Source: Euryarchaeota archaeon UBA86 (GTDB lineage Archaea > Thermoplasmatota > Poseidoniia > Poseidoniales > Thalassarchaeaceae). Taken from it: 64,000 bases of DNA. The stretch's first letter is position 1. The number at the start of each line of letters is the position of its first letter. Below the pieces are notes generated by a model. The model searched no databases, was not told the DNA's origin, and saw only the letters and a list, made by a program, of their open reading frames with translations. This document shows, piece by piece, positions 9,891 through 19,377 of this stretch. The stretch covers positions 459 through 64,458 of the forward strand of contig DAQX01000008.1 of NCBI GenBank assembly GCA_002503055.1. The letters run 5' to 3'. The position numbers and the translations under genes were made by a program.

Positions 9891-10282
9891 GGCTGGGTAT
9901 AGTATGCGGCTCATTCCACCGCGATGAGGTTGAGAGGATGCTCGAATATGCCCGAGATGAGGCGGCTTCAAAGAACTGGGAAGTCGCGGATGTGGCTTGG
10001 GTTCCCGGCTCGATGGAAGCGCCCTTAGCACTAGATCGGATGCTGCACCGAGATGAGATAGATGGCGCAGTTGTTCTGGGGATCATTGAGCGAGGTGAGA
10101 CTGATCATGGCTTAGTCATGGGCCAGTCGGTCACCAAGGCAGTGATCGAGCTTCAGATTACTCACAACAAACCTATTGGACTCGGTATAATCGGCCCCGG
10201 AGCAGAGCCGGAACATATCGAGCCGCGCCTAGAACCACATGCCCGCGCCGCTGTTGGTGCGGTTGCGGCGATGATTGGGTGA
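9887..10282 (+). CDS. ribH: 6,7-dimethyl-8-ribityllumazine synthase
   Basis: RLGIVCGSFHRDEVERML, WVPGSMEAPLAL and GVVLGIIERGETDH motifs. ATGA start/stop overlap with ribE. Confidence 0.85.
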   Translation: MRLGIVCGSFHRDEVERMLEYARDEAASKNWEVADVAWVPGSMEAPLALDRMLHRDEIDGAVVLGIIERGETDHGLVMGQSVTKAVIELQITHNKPIGLGIIGPGAEPEHIEPRLEPHARAAVGAVAAMIG

Positions 10283-10296
10283 AATTGAGATTAGAC

Positions 10297-10824
10297 TTAT
10301 TCCATGGACCATATTTTCTCATGTTCAGTGTTTCCAAAACCCTCTGGAACTCCCCATTTTTTGATATAATAATCAATAGGCACGGCGCCATTCCCTCTAT
10401 CTACGCCATAGTTTTCTCCGTATATATCCTCTACAATAGGTGCTGGCCCATTGTATGTAATGTACCAATCCTCAGGAACATCTGGACCGGATTCAGTTCC
10501 ATCTGGCCCTATCCAATTCTCTCCGGATAGTAATATTTGTTCGCCGCTATCGTTTTCAGATTCTTGCGATGAGTTTTCTATATTTTGGGACGCCCTATCC
10601 AAATTGTTGGCTATGATTTTGTATGTCACAACATCGGCAATCAAGGAGGCAATTGCAAACCCCGCAGAAATTGCAATTCTAATTGGCTGATCTTCGCTAA
10701 TGCTTGGCGAGACAAAGAAGTAAATTACCAGATTGATTACAACCCATCCAAAGCCGAGATAGTATGGTAGGATTTTCAATAATGGATTGTTGGCAGCGTT
10801 GGCGGAGGCTGCTCTATCTGACAT
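10297..10824 (-). CDS. Hypothetical membrane protein (2 predicted TM helices)
   Basis: 175-aa ORF with two hydrophobic helices near the N-terminus and an AT-rich composition. No recognisable motif. Confidence 0.4.
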   Translation of the reverse strand: MSDRAASANAANNPLLKILPYYLGFGWVVINLVIYFFVSPSISEDQPIRIAISAGFAIASLIADVVTYKIIANNLDRASQNIENSSQESENDSGEQILLSGENWIGPDGTESGPDVPEDWYITYNGPAPIVEDIYGENYGVDRGNGAVPIDYYIKKWGVPEGFGNTEHEKIWSME

Positions 10825-10845
10825 TAGTAGTACCTCAAATTGCTC

Positions 10846-12357
10846 TTACCAAGTTAGTCCTAATACTCTTCGAACCACACGCTTCGAACTCACTATCCCA
10901 TTATTGTGGTATTGTAATCCAGAACGACATGCTTGAGTCCAGAATACATCATCACACTGTGAGTCTATTTCCCGCCAAACTGTGTTCCTATCGATTGAAT
11001 TCTCCAAGGAGAAAATGGGTAACTTCGGCTCATACAATTTGACTATGGATGATTCATCCATTTGATTGGTACGAAAATCAAGATAGTTCTCAGTATTGTA
11101 AACGAATGTAATCAGATATTTGCCTTCCAAATCCCCCATCCTAGGTCTGATTGTATTTGTGATGTAATATTTCCCGGTTGTCTCGTTACTGTGTGTTTGG
11201 TGCAGCCAAGGCCTATTTCCAATATCAGAGAAATCGGTATGCAAAATGACGTAGCAATCCATTTGCTCCCATTTCTCAAGCTCATCAGTTAGTATCTTGG
11301 GTGCAACTTCTCTCATTATTGGAAGTGCCTGGATAGGTTGTGTAGCAACAATTACTGAATCGCAATTCCAAAATTTGCCACTCTCAGCAAATACTGACAT
11401 TTTTCCAGACTCGATTCGAGAGATTCCTGTTACATTTGTGTTCAGGCATTGTTCGAATCTATCATTGGAAAGCAATTGATCCCTCATTTTATGGATTAGT
11501 CGTCCATCGAGGACGCACCAGTGATCTTCCTTGTACTTCGCCGACTTGTCTCGGGTGTCAAAGGTTAATGCATACTCGAAAATGAATGAAGCGAAAACAT
11601 GTGCAGGCTGCCTATCCAAGTCATCAAATCTACACCATGTATTGATTCCAACCCAGGGCATATAGAAATGGGTGAATACAGAAGAATTGACTAAACGATC
11701 TCCAAGTACTTCTGCCACGCTCTTAGGAGACTCTGGTCGAATCTTGAATTGGCGATACAGCCTCCAAAATATGATGAAACCGTCTATTAGCTCCTTCAAA
11801 GTGGCTTCTCGATAGATAAATCTGAGGAATCCACCAACCCCTGCACCCATCTTTGTATTCAATTCCCTATTCTCCAATACGATAGCTCCTTTGAGATCTT
11901 CAAAGTCGTGAGGAGTTTGTTCGATTCCATATTCTCTACAGAGTTGCAAATAGTGAGGTTGCTGAGCAGGTAGAGTGACTATGACTGTTGTAGCATGATG
12001 TTCGCCATTTTCCAAGTATGGAGTGTTGTTGCCTCCGAGGATTGGATTGCGTTCCAAAAGGGTCACATCACAACCTGCCTGAATCAGGAATTTTGCAGCT
12101 GACAATCCACTAATTCCCCCTCCAACTACTACCACAGATTTTCCTTCTCCGCCCGAAATAGGCATGTCAATTAGAATTGCATCATCTGCCATAATTTTAG
12201 ATGTTGATTTTGGATGTTCGAATGTAATCAGAAGGTAGGTTATAATCACCAAAAGAAGCGCTAAAATTCCAAACTTCGTTATAGCAAAGAAAATTATTGC
12301 AGGTATTGTAATTAGATACATAAAACTAAACAAAAAGGAAGGCATAGAATTTCGCAT
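10846..12357 (-). CDS. FAD/NAD(P)-binding oxidoreductase (amine-oxidase-like, COG2907-like) with N-terminal membrane anchor
   Basis: Rossmann dinucleotide motif VVVVGGGISGLSAAKFLIQAGCDVTLLERNPILGGN, preceded by about 45 hydrophobic residues. Confidence 0.7.
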   Translation of the reverse strand: MRNSMPSFLFSFMYLITIPAIIFFAITKFGILALLLVIITYLLITFEHPKSTSKIMADDAILIDMPISGGEGKSVVVVGGGISGLSAAKFLIQAGCDVTLLERNPILGGNNTPYLENGEHHATTVIVTLPAQQPHYLQLCREYGIEQTPHDFEDLKGAIVLENRELNTKMGAGVGGFLRFIYREATLKELIDGFIIFWRLYRQFKIRPESPKSVAEVLGDRLVNSSVFTHFYMPWVGINTWCRFDDLDRQPAHVFASFIFEYALTFDTRDKSAKYKEDHWCVLDGRLIHKMRDQLLSNDRFEQCLNTNVTGISRIESGKMSVFAESGKFWNCDSVIVATQPIQALPIMREVAPKILTDELEKWEQMDCYVILHTDFSDIGNRPWLHQTHSNETTGKYYITNTIRPRMGDLEGKYLITFVYNTENYLDFRTNQMDESSIVKLYEPKLPIFSLENSIDRNTVWREIDSQCDDVFWTQACRSGLQYHNNGIVSSKRVVRRVLGLTW

Positions 12358-12380
12358 TAGAACACCTACCCAAGCAGCGA

Positions 12381-12752
12381 TTAAGCTGGTACAAGATCTC
12401 CAGAGATATACAATGCTGCTGCAATTAACAGTAGTTGCGCAAGTAAACGAAGAATATGTCCTTGTGTGCTGAATTTAGTTCCATTGAACGCGACATCGTG
12501 TGTCCACATGTACAGATTTGCTGGATAGACGCCAATCAAGAAAAGGGCTAGAAATCTCCCTGCAAGTACCTGCGTTTCAGGATAAATTATTGCTATTCCT
12601 CCCAATACTTCCATTGCTCCTGTAATGTAAACAAGAATAAGTGGGAAGGGGAGGAGGGGGGGAATGATCTCGACAAATTTACCGGGCTCTCTAAAGTGAG
12701 AGATGCCAATCTTGATGAAAACCAATCCGTATATGATTGCTAGTAGATTCAT
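12381..12752 (-). CDS. DoxX-like small integral membrane protein
   Basis: 123 aa with four hydrophobic helices. The general layout (ISHF...FPL...GAMEVLGGIAII) resembles the DoxX/DoxD-like family. Confidence 0.5.
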   Translation of the reverse strand: MNLLAIIYGLVFIKIGISHFREPGKFVEIIPPLLPFPLILVYITGAMEVLGGIAIIYPETQVLAGRFLALFLIGVYPANLYMWTHDVAFNGTKFSTQGHILRLLAQLLLIAAALYISGDLVPA

Positions 12753-12832
12753 CTAGTTAGAATCCACGCGATGGCGTTTCAATTACTTTGTCTTAGAGCA
12801 GGGTTGAAGGACGTCCCAGCGTTGGGTGGTCT

Positions 12833-13762
12833 GTGAGCGGCGAAGTTCGTAATGTCATCATTATTGGTTCAGGACCTGCGGGCTACACTGCTGGACTCTA
12901 CACTGCCCGCGCGATGCTTGAGCCACTGATGTTCGCGGGCTATATGTCTGGGGGGCAATTGATGCTCACATCTGATGTCGAGAATTTTCCTGGATATCCT
13001 AACGGGATAGGTGGTCCCGAGATGATGGTGCATATGCGTGAGCAAGCTGAACGTTTCGGCCTAGAGGTGCATGATAAGAATGTAGAGAAGGTTGACTTCT
13101 CCGAGCGCCCATTCAAAGTCTGGGTAGAAGGAGAGGAGCACAGGTCCGACGCAATAATCATCTGTACCGGAGCCGAGGCAATTTGGCTCGGCGCGGAGGG
13201 CGAGGATGCTCAGAAGGGCAGAGGAATCTCGACCTGTGCAACCTGTGACGGAGCGTTCTTCCGAGAGCAAGAGGTGATTGTGATTGGAGGTGGCGATTCG
13301 GCAATGGAAGAAGCGACCTTCCTTACCAGATTCGCGAACAAAGTGACCATCGTTCATCGCAGGGAAGTGTTCAAGGCATCCAAGGTGATGTATGAGAGAG
13401 CAGTGAATCACCCTAAGATACAGATTATGACTCATCGCAGAGTCAGAGGCTGGCTCTCCAATGAAGAAGGACTCAGTGGGGCTGTTTTGGAAGACCCTCG
13501 TGACGGCAGTGAGGAGGAGATTAGTTGTACAGGTGCTTTCATTGCGATTGGACATAAACCGATGACGGGTTTCCTTGAAGGCGAAGTGGAAATGGATGAG
13601 TCGGGCTACATCTTGCATTCAGAACACACGATGACTAGTGTACCGGGTGTTTTCGCAGCCGGTGATGTGGTCGATACACGATATCGGCAAGCCATTACAG
13701 CAGCAGGAATGGGTTGCCAAGCCGCTATCGATGCAGAGAAGTGGCTGGAGGATCAGCACTGA
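12833..13762 (+). CDS. trxB: Thioredoxin-disulfide reductase
   Basis: IIGSGPAGYTAGLY FAD motif, redox-active CATCDG, second dinucleotide fold VIGGGDSAMEEA, and a C-terminal GVFAAGDV motif. Confidence 0.92.
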   Translation: MSGEVRNVIIIGSGPAGYTAGLYTARAMLEPLMFAGYMSGGQLMLTSDVENFPGYPNGIGGPEMMVHMREQAERFGLEVHDKNVEKVDFSERPFKVWVEGEEHRSDAIIICTGAEAIWLGAEGEDAQKGRGISTCATCDGAFFREQEVIVIGGGDSAMEEATFLTRFANKVTIVHRREVFKASKVMYERAVNHPKIQIMTHRRVRGWLSNEEGLSGAVLEDPRDGSEEEISCTGAFIAIGHKPMTGFLEGEVEMDESGYILHSEHTMTSVPGVFAAGDVVDTRYRQAITAAGMGCQAAIDAEKWLEDQH

Positions 13763-13771
13763 GGTGCTTGC

Positions 13772-14149
13772 TTGGAATCCACAGAAGATACGGGCTGGCT
13801 GAACAACAGGATAGGGGACCTATTCTATCTGCTTCACATCTGGATAACTGTGTTCTGCGCATTCGCTTGGTTGGGTCCGATTGAGTGGATGTGGTGGGGC
13901 GTATTCATCCTCTATGGGGCTACAGAGGTGTTATGGCTACTCAGAGATGACTACTGTATCATCACTGATATCGAGCGTTACTTCAGAGGAATTCCAAGAC
14001 CAGAGACGCATTTAGAACAGAACTTCATCCGCAGGCTGATTGCAACGATTTTCAGGATTGATATGAGGCCCGAGAGTGCCAAAACCTTGACTCGAACTTG
14101 GGGCAGATTGGGGTGGTTGATTGCCACCCTCAGACTCTTCGTAATCTGA
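13772..14149 (+). CDS. Hypothetical small membrane protein (possibly DUF2784-like)
   Basis: 125 aa with two or three hydrophobic helices. The family assignment is only a guess. Confidence 0.35.
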   Translation: MESTEDTGWLNNRIGDLFYLLHIWITVFCAFAWLGPIEWMWWGVFILYGATEVLWLLRDDYCIITDIERYFRGIPRPETHLEQNFIRRLIATIFRIDMRPESAKTLTRTWGRLGWLIATLRLFVI

Positions 14150-14205
14150 GTTGATAGTTCAACTTCAGGGGAAGAGGCCATTTCTGTGAACATACTCGTA
14201 GAGGC

Positions 14206-15330
14206 ATGACGGTCGGCGGCGAGTCTCGTTATGCGAGACATCTGGTCCTGCCAGAAGTAGGTCCAGAAGGCCAATTAGCTTTGCAAGGAGCATCTGTCCT
14301 AGTAATCGGTGCGGGTGGCCTAGGCTCACCTGCGCTCCTCTATCTCGCCGCTGCTGGGATAGGTAGGATTGGCCTGATTGATGATGATACTGTGGATGTT
14401 ACAAATCTTCAGCGGCAGGTTCTCCACAGTACTTCAGAGGTCGGTGAATCGAAGGCGGCATCGGCTGAGAGGAGGATTTCGGACCTCAACCCGGAGATCA
14501 CAGTAGAAGCTATCCAAGGTCGTCTCGATGCAACTAATGCCGTCGACATAATCGGCCGATATGACATCGTAATCGACGGTACAGACAACTTTGAGACAAG
14601 ATATCTAATTGGAGATGCGTGTGAGATTCTGGACAAACCATGGATTTTCGGCAGCATCCACCGTTTCGAAGGGCAGGTTGCCACATTCAACCATCAAGGA
14701 GGACCAAATTACCGAGATTTATTTCCTGAGCCACCCGGAGATGGTTTGGCACCAAACTGTGCAGAAGCAGGGGTACTAGGTGTACTACCTGGAATTATAG
14801 GTTCAATTCAGGCGACTGAGGCGATTAAGACAATCCTAGGGATTGGCGACTTACTCGATGGGAAGTTGTTAGTCGTCGATGCACTGAGTATGAGATTTAG
14901 AACGCTGAGTTTCACTAAGGACGAGTCGCGAGAAGTGATTACAGAACTAAAGCAAGAGCCTGTAGAGTCTTGTTCAAGTGATTCCAGTTCGTCCAACGGC
15001 GTAATGCTCGTGATTAGTCCGACCGAATTCGTCGAGCGGCGAGATTCTGGCTGGGATGTATTCCTACTTGATGTTCGCAGAAGTGAGGAGGAAGCGATTG
15101 CTACCCTGCCCGGAACTGGCCTGAGGATAGAGCATAATCTGGTCCCTATGCGGATACCTGATATCCCCCTAGACAAAGACATCGTAGTTTACTGCAGAAG
15201 TGGTTCTCGATCAGCAGCTGTGGCTCGCTATCTGGTTTCTAGTGGACTCGCTAAGGGAGAAGTGTACAACCTACGAGGAGGCATTCATGAGTGGTCCGAC
15301 ACAGTCAATCAAAATATAATTAAATATTAA
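14206..15330 (+). CDS. MoeB/ThiF-family E1-like adenylyltransferase with C-terminal rhodanese domain
   Basis: RYARHLVLPEVG, VLVIGAGGLGSPALLYLAAAGIGRIGLIDDDTVDVTNLQRQ and GVLGVLPGIIGS. The C-terminal VVYCRSGSRSAAVARYL is a rhodanese active-site loop. Confidence 0.85.
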   Translation: MTVGGESRYARHLVLPEVGPEGQLALQGASVLVIGAGGLGSPALLYLAAAGIGRIGLIDDDTVDVTNLQRQVLHSTSEVGESKAASAERRISDLNPEITVEAIQGRLDATNAVDIIGRYDIVIDGTDNFETRYLIGDACEILDKPWIFGSIHRFEGQVATFNHQGGPNYRDLFPEPPGDGLAPNCAEAGVLGVLPGIIGSIQATEAIKTILGIGDLLDGKLLVVDALSMRFRTLSFTKDESREVITELKQEPVESCSSDSSSSNGVMLVISPTEFVERRDSGWDVFLLDVRRSEEEAIATLPGTGLRIEHNLVPMRIPDIPLDKDIVVYCRSGSRSAAVARYLVSSGLAKGEVYNLRGGIHEWSDTVNQNIIKY

Positions 15331-15468
15331 TGTGGTAGAATTATCTTTAGATTATCGTTTATTTGTGGTATTTAGTGGACATATGTGCACCCATATTGCC
15401 TATTTTGGATTAATTTACTATATTAGTGGTTAATCTAATCACAGTACATCGAAGATTTGTTGTACTAA

Positions 15469-18342
15469 GTGCTTGTGCGAGATATCATGCGTAGAGGAGT
15501 TTGGCAGTGCCCTCGGTGTAGCATCCACCAGATTTGGAAAGCAAAGGCAGGAACAGAGAGACTCGACAGGAGTTGCGAACATTGTGAGAAGAGGATTAGG
15601 GTAAAGCTTGACCGATCATCCTCTGGTCAAGGCAGAAGAAGGAGTGTTCGCATCTGGGAAAGAGGAGTGGGTGTGAGTGATTCTGAACTTCAGCAGGAAG
15701 TAGATAGGAGAAATTCTGCTGCATATACTTCTGAGCACACCCCCTCCGAGATATCTACAGATGTCACTTCACAATCCACTCTACCGAAAATATGGGGAAT
15801 AGGGTGGCAGCCAGATAGTGCCCTCGAATTCTCAAATCCTCTAAAGTCAGAGACTGCGCGGATTGAGTTTCTGAGATTCTTTGCTGAGAGGCATGATGGT
15901 CATTTGGAAGTGGCCTTGAGCATATGGGATGATTGTGAGCCACCTAATACATTTGATGGAGATTCATTTCATGCGTTCTCGTCAGATTTGATTACTGCGC
16001 TCAAGGAGACTCTGCATGATCGATTGATGACTCCCTCTCTAAGTACTGTGTATTCAGACGAAGTTATGCCAATGAGAACAGGGGAATTACATATAGAACG
16101 GCGTACTGCAAGACTGTTGATCGATATTACACTGTGTTTGAGAAGGATGGCTCATTACTCTTCAATTACACTTGATCAGCGACTAGAATGGCAGAGGATG
16201 ATGACGAGGACTAGAGTTGTTGATGAACATCTCAAAGAGTTGTTCTCTGAGGGACTCAAGACTCCCGATGGAGGTAGTTTCACCGGTAAGGGATTCCGAT
16301 CAACCTGGCAAGAAGGAATAGTTGCTTGTGCTTCAGCACTGCGACGAGCTGTCGATTTTTCCGATGATGTTGAGAGTGCAGATGTCGTAGCTCCTATGAT
16401 TCGAGATGTCGGGCTTGCAATAGCAATGGGTCAGACCCCTACCGAGGTATTTGCAGCCCAAATGGGCAAATCAGGATCATACATGGATGGGGGCCATGAT
16501 TCAGCCGGCGGAAGGGACTTACATATCGGCAATTGGGATAAAAGAGTACTTCCTCCTACTGCTCCTCTACCAATTGCAAGTGCGACTACTACAGGAGTTG
16601 CATTGGCTGCATCAAGACTTGGAGTCGATAGGTTCCATCTGGCTCCTGTCGGCGAGGGATGCAGTAGCAGCGGAGAATTTTGGGAAGCAATGAACCTCGC
16701 CGGGACTAGAGGGTTACCTATGGCGTTCATGATTCAAAATAACCAGATTGCTCTCGACACATATGTCATTGGCCAATCAGGAGCTGAGACCTTTGGAGAC
16801 AAAGGGCATGCTATGGGCATACCTTCGTGGACAATTGATGGTTCAGATCCCGGACTATTCTACGCCTCAACCGCGACTGCTAGAGAGTTCGCTTCAGGGG
16901 GCGGGGGTTCGACACTGATTCATGTCGAAACTATGCGAGGATGTGGTCACGCGCACCACCATGATGATCTCTATCTCGGCGCTTCATCTGGAAATCCTCC
17001 TGGATATGTAGATCGTGGACTACTGAGCTACTGGTCTGATAAGGATCCACTTCCAAACCATCGAGAACTACTGGTTCATCTTGGTTGTGATGAGTCTGTT
17101 CTGGAGCAGATGGAAGTCGAGGAGAACGCCCTAGCAGATGCGTCTAGGGAGGAGATGGAGAATATGCCGTGGCCTGAAGGTAATTCGGTTACCAAAGGGA
17201 TCACCAGTCTACATGATGCCAGTAGCCACTCGGAACAGTTCAGTAGATTCAGTGAGTCTCGAGAACCCATGGACGCCCCATTACCTCCTGGAGATGTTTC
17301 TCTGGAGTTCTCAGATGCTGCTAACTCGTCCAGTTATAGCCGGGCGATTCAGAATGCTATGGCATCAATCGCTGATGAGAGCGGTGACAGCGTCGTATTC
17401 ATGGGCGAGGACATGGAAGTGGCTGGAGCATTTGGAATGAATCTGCCACTCAAGGCCAAAGGTCATTCAGATAAGTTGCTAGACATGCCTCTTTCAGAGG
17501 CAGCCATCATCCATTCTGCGACCGGGGCCGCTCTTGGCGGCATGAGGCCGGTGGCAGAGATTCAATTCGGAGGATTTGCTGCTCTAGCCATGAATGCACT
17601 AATCAACAACGCCGCGCAACTGCGGTGGCGTTGGGGTGCTGATGTCCCCCTGACAGTACGAATTCCGCTTGGAGGGAAGACGCGTAGCGGCCCCTATCAT
17701 GCAAACATGATTGAATCGTGGTTCCTAAATGATCCTGGTTTGGTGATGGTGTTCCCGAGTACTCCTCAAGATGCCTACGATCTGCTGGTAGAGGCCCATG
17801 CTCTAGACGACCCGGTAATCTATCTGGAGCACATTGGACTGTATGGCCTGAGAGGAGGTTTGACTGGTTGGGGGGATTCAATCAGTCAGGTGGTCGATCG
17901 AGAATCTGTCCATGAACGAATTGCTAGAGGAGAGAGCTCAATTGGCAAGGCAGGGGTTGTTAGAGGAGGTAAAGACATTACAATCGTAACTTGGGGAGCT
18001 ATGGTGCATGTAGCCCTCAAAGCGGCTGCTGAGGTTTCAAAGAAGGGTGTTGAGGCCGAAGTTGTCGATCTCCGGACCATTGCTCCATTCGATGCTCAGA
18101 CATGTATAGACTCAGTGTTGCGGACTGGCAGACTGCTTGTACTGCAGGAGGCCCAGTGGACCGGAGGATTAGGCAATACAGTGAGTAGTAGAATTCTTGA
18201 GGAGGCTTTCTGGTGCCTTGAGGCACCTCCAACAGTAGTAGGAGCCCTAGACACTCCTGTACCCTTCTCCCCCACCCTTGAGGACCATACCATGCCCACG
18301 GCTGATTTGGTCATTCGACATATTGAGAGAATGTGCTTGTGA
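15469..18342 (+). CDS. Fused TPP-dependent 2-oxoacid dehydrogenase E1 alpha + beta components with ~230-aa N-terminal extension carrying a CxxC...CxxC zinc-ribbon
   Basis: The alpha part has a TPP motif GEG...NN (GEGCSSSGEFWEAMNLAGTRGLPMAFMIQNNQIAL). The beta part has FMGEDMEVAGAFG, PLSEAAIIHSATGAALGGMRP and FPSTPQDAYDLL. The N-terminus carries CPRCS...CEHCE. The listed start is GTG 15469; ATG 15487 is the likely start. Confidence 0.8.
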   Translation: MLVRDIMRRGVWQCPRCSIHQIWKAKAGTERLDRSCEHCEKRIRVKLDRSSSGQGRRRSVRIWERGVGVSDSELQQEVDRRNSAAYTSEHTPSEISTDVTSQSTLPKIWGIGWQPDSALEFSNPLKSETARIEFLRFFAERHDGHLEVALSIWDDCEPPNTFDGDSFHAFSSDLITALKETLHDRLMTPSLSTVYSDEVMPMRTGELHIERRTARLLIDITLCLRRMAHYSSITLDQRLEWQRMMTRTRVVDEHLKELFSEGLKTPDGGSFTGKGFRSTWQEGIVACASALRRAVDFSDDVESADVVAPMIRDVGLAIAMGQTPTEVFAAQMGKSGSYMDGGHDSAGGRDLHIGNWDKRVLPPTAPLPIASATTTGVALAASRLGVDRFHLAPVGEGCSSSGEFWEAMNLAGTRGLPMAFMIQNNQIALDTYVIGQSGAETFGDKGHAMGIPSWTIDGSDPGLFYASTATAREFASGGGGSTLIHVETMRGCGHAHHHDDLYLGASSGNPPGYVDRGLLSYWSDKDPLPNHRELLVHLGCDESVLEQMEVEENALADASREEMENMPWPEGNSVTKGITSLHDASSHSEQFSRFSESREPMDAPLPPGDVSLEFSDAANSSSYSRAIQNAMASIADESGDSVVFMGEDMEVAGAFGMNLPLKAKGHSDKLLDMPLSEAAIIHSATGAALGGMRPVAEIQFGGFAALAMNALINNAAQLRWRWGADVPLTVRIPLGGKTRSGPYHANMIESWFLNDPGLVMVFPSTPQDAYDLLVEAHALDDPVIYLEHIGLYGLRGGLTGWGDSISQVVDRESVHERIARGESSIGKAGVVRGGKDITIVTWGAMVHVALKAAAEVSKKGVEAEVVDLRTIAPFDAQTCIDSVLRTGRLLVLQEAQWTGGLGNTVSSRILEEAFWCLEAPPTVVGALDTPVPFSPTLEDHTMPTADLVIRHIERMCL

Positions 18343-18394
18343 GATTTACTGGTTAGCCAAACGGTCATGAGCGGGGCTTGTTCCGCTCGCAAAC

Positions 18395-19336
18395 ATGGAA
18401 GGCATCGGTGATGGCCCACTCATCATCATCGGATTTGCTCTATTGATGCTAGGAGGAGAGTTTGTTGTCCAAGGAGCCGTTACAATTGCAGGTAGGATGA
18501 GGGTACCCCCTCTACTGGTTGGATTTACTATAGTAGCAATTGGTACTTCTCTTCCCGAGTTGGCTGTTGCATTGGAAGCAGTGAGAACTGATGCCGATGA
18601 AATTGCTGTAGGAGGGGTATTAGGTTCTAATGTCGCTAATGTGATGCTAGTCTTAGGTACTGCGGCGATGATTGGGGCAGCGTCAGATACTGGAAAGGGA
18701 GTTAGACGAGATGCAGTGGCAGTTGCGGCGGCTACTGTCTTGCTCCTTATTGCAGTCATGACAGGGGAGTTAACTAGATCATTCGGAATCATCATGCTTC
18801 TCGCCCTAGTCGCATATTATGTCTACTCGTACCGACAATCGATATCCGAAGGGACTGATGTAGAGGATAGTGACACTTGGCTTCCGGATTATCTTTATCT
18901 TGCCATTCCAGCTACAATTCTAGGCGGTTGGATGATATGGAGTGGGGCAGAGATGCTGGTAGAAGGTGCTACTGGATTGGCTAGCGCATACGGAGTCTCA
19001 GAATCAGTTGTTGGCCTCTCTGTGGTGGCCCTAGGCACTTCACTTCCAGAGTTGGCAGTTACTCTTGTTGCGGGTCTGCGTGGACAAGGCGGAGTTGCTG
19101 TCGGCAATGTGCTAGGATCGAATGTAATGAATATCCTTGGTATCCTTGGTTTTGCAGCAACATACTCGGGTGGTTTGTTAGTTGCACCGGAGTTCGCTGA
19201 TCGCGACATCTGGGTAGTCATTCTGACATCAGGATTTGTTGTAGCAATGCTATATTACGAGCGTGAAATTGGAAAGAAACTCGGATTTGGAATGGTGTTA
19301 GGTTACTTATCTTACATGGCTTTGCTCTACATCTAG
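18395..19336 (+). CDS. Ca2+/cation antiporter (CaCA family, YrbG-like)
   Basis: Two alpha-repeats, GTSLPELAVAL and GTSLPELAVTL, within a roughly 10-TM protein. Confidence 0.85.
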   Translation: MEGIGDGPLIIIGFALLMLGGEFVVQGAVTIAGRMRVPPLLVGFTIVAIGTSLPELAVALEAVRTDADEIAVGGVLGSNVANVMLVLGTAAMIGAASDTGKGVRRDAVAVAAATVLLLIAVMTGELTRSFGIIMLLALVAYYVYSYRQSISEGTDVEDSDTWLPDYLYLAIPATILGGWMIWSGAEMLVEGATGLASAYGVSESVVGLSVVALGTSLPELAVTLVAGLRGQGGVAVGNVLGSNVMNILGILGFAATYSGGLLVAPEFADRDIWVVILTSGFVVAMLYYEREIGKKLGFGMVLGYLSYMALLYI

Positions 19337-19377
19337 CGTGTGCGAATCGCTAAGGGCAGAAGCCCGCTCCAGAGGTC

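Noticed and set aside
13061-13618. 185-aa minus-strand ORF inside trxB
   Set aside because: It is a shadow ORF opposite a gene with complete thioredoxin-reductase motifs.
18346-18795. 149-aa minus-strand ORF overlapping the start of the CaCA antiporter gene
   Set aside because: The plus-strand gene has both GTSLPELAV alpha-repeats. The antisense product is Ala/Thr/Pro-rich and featureless.
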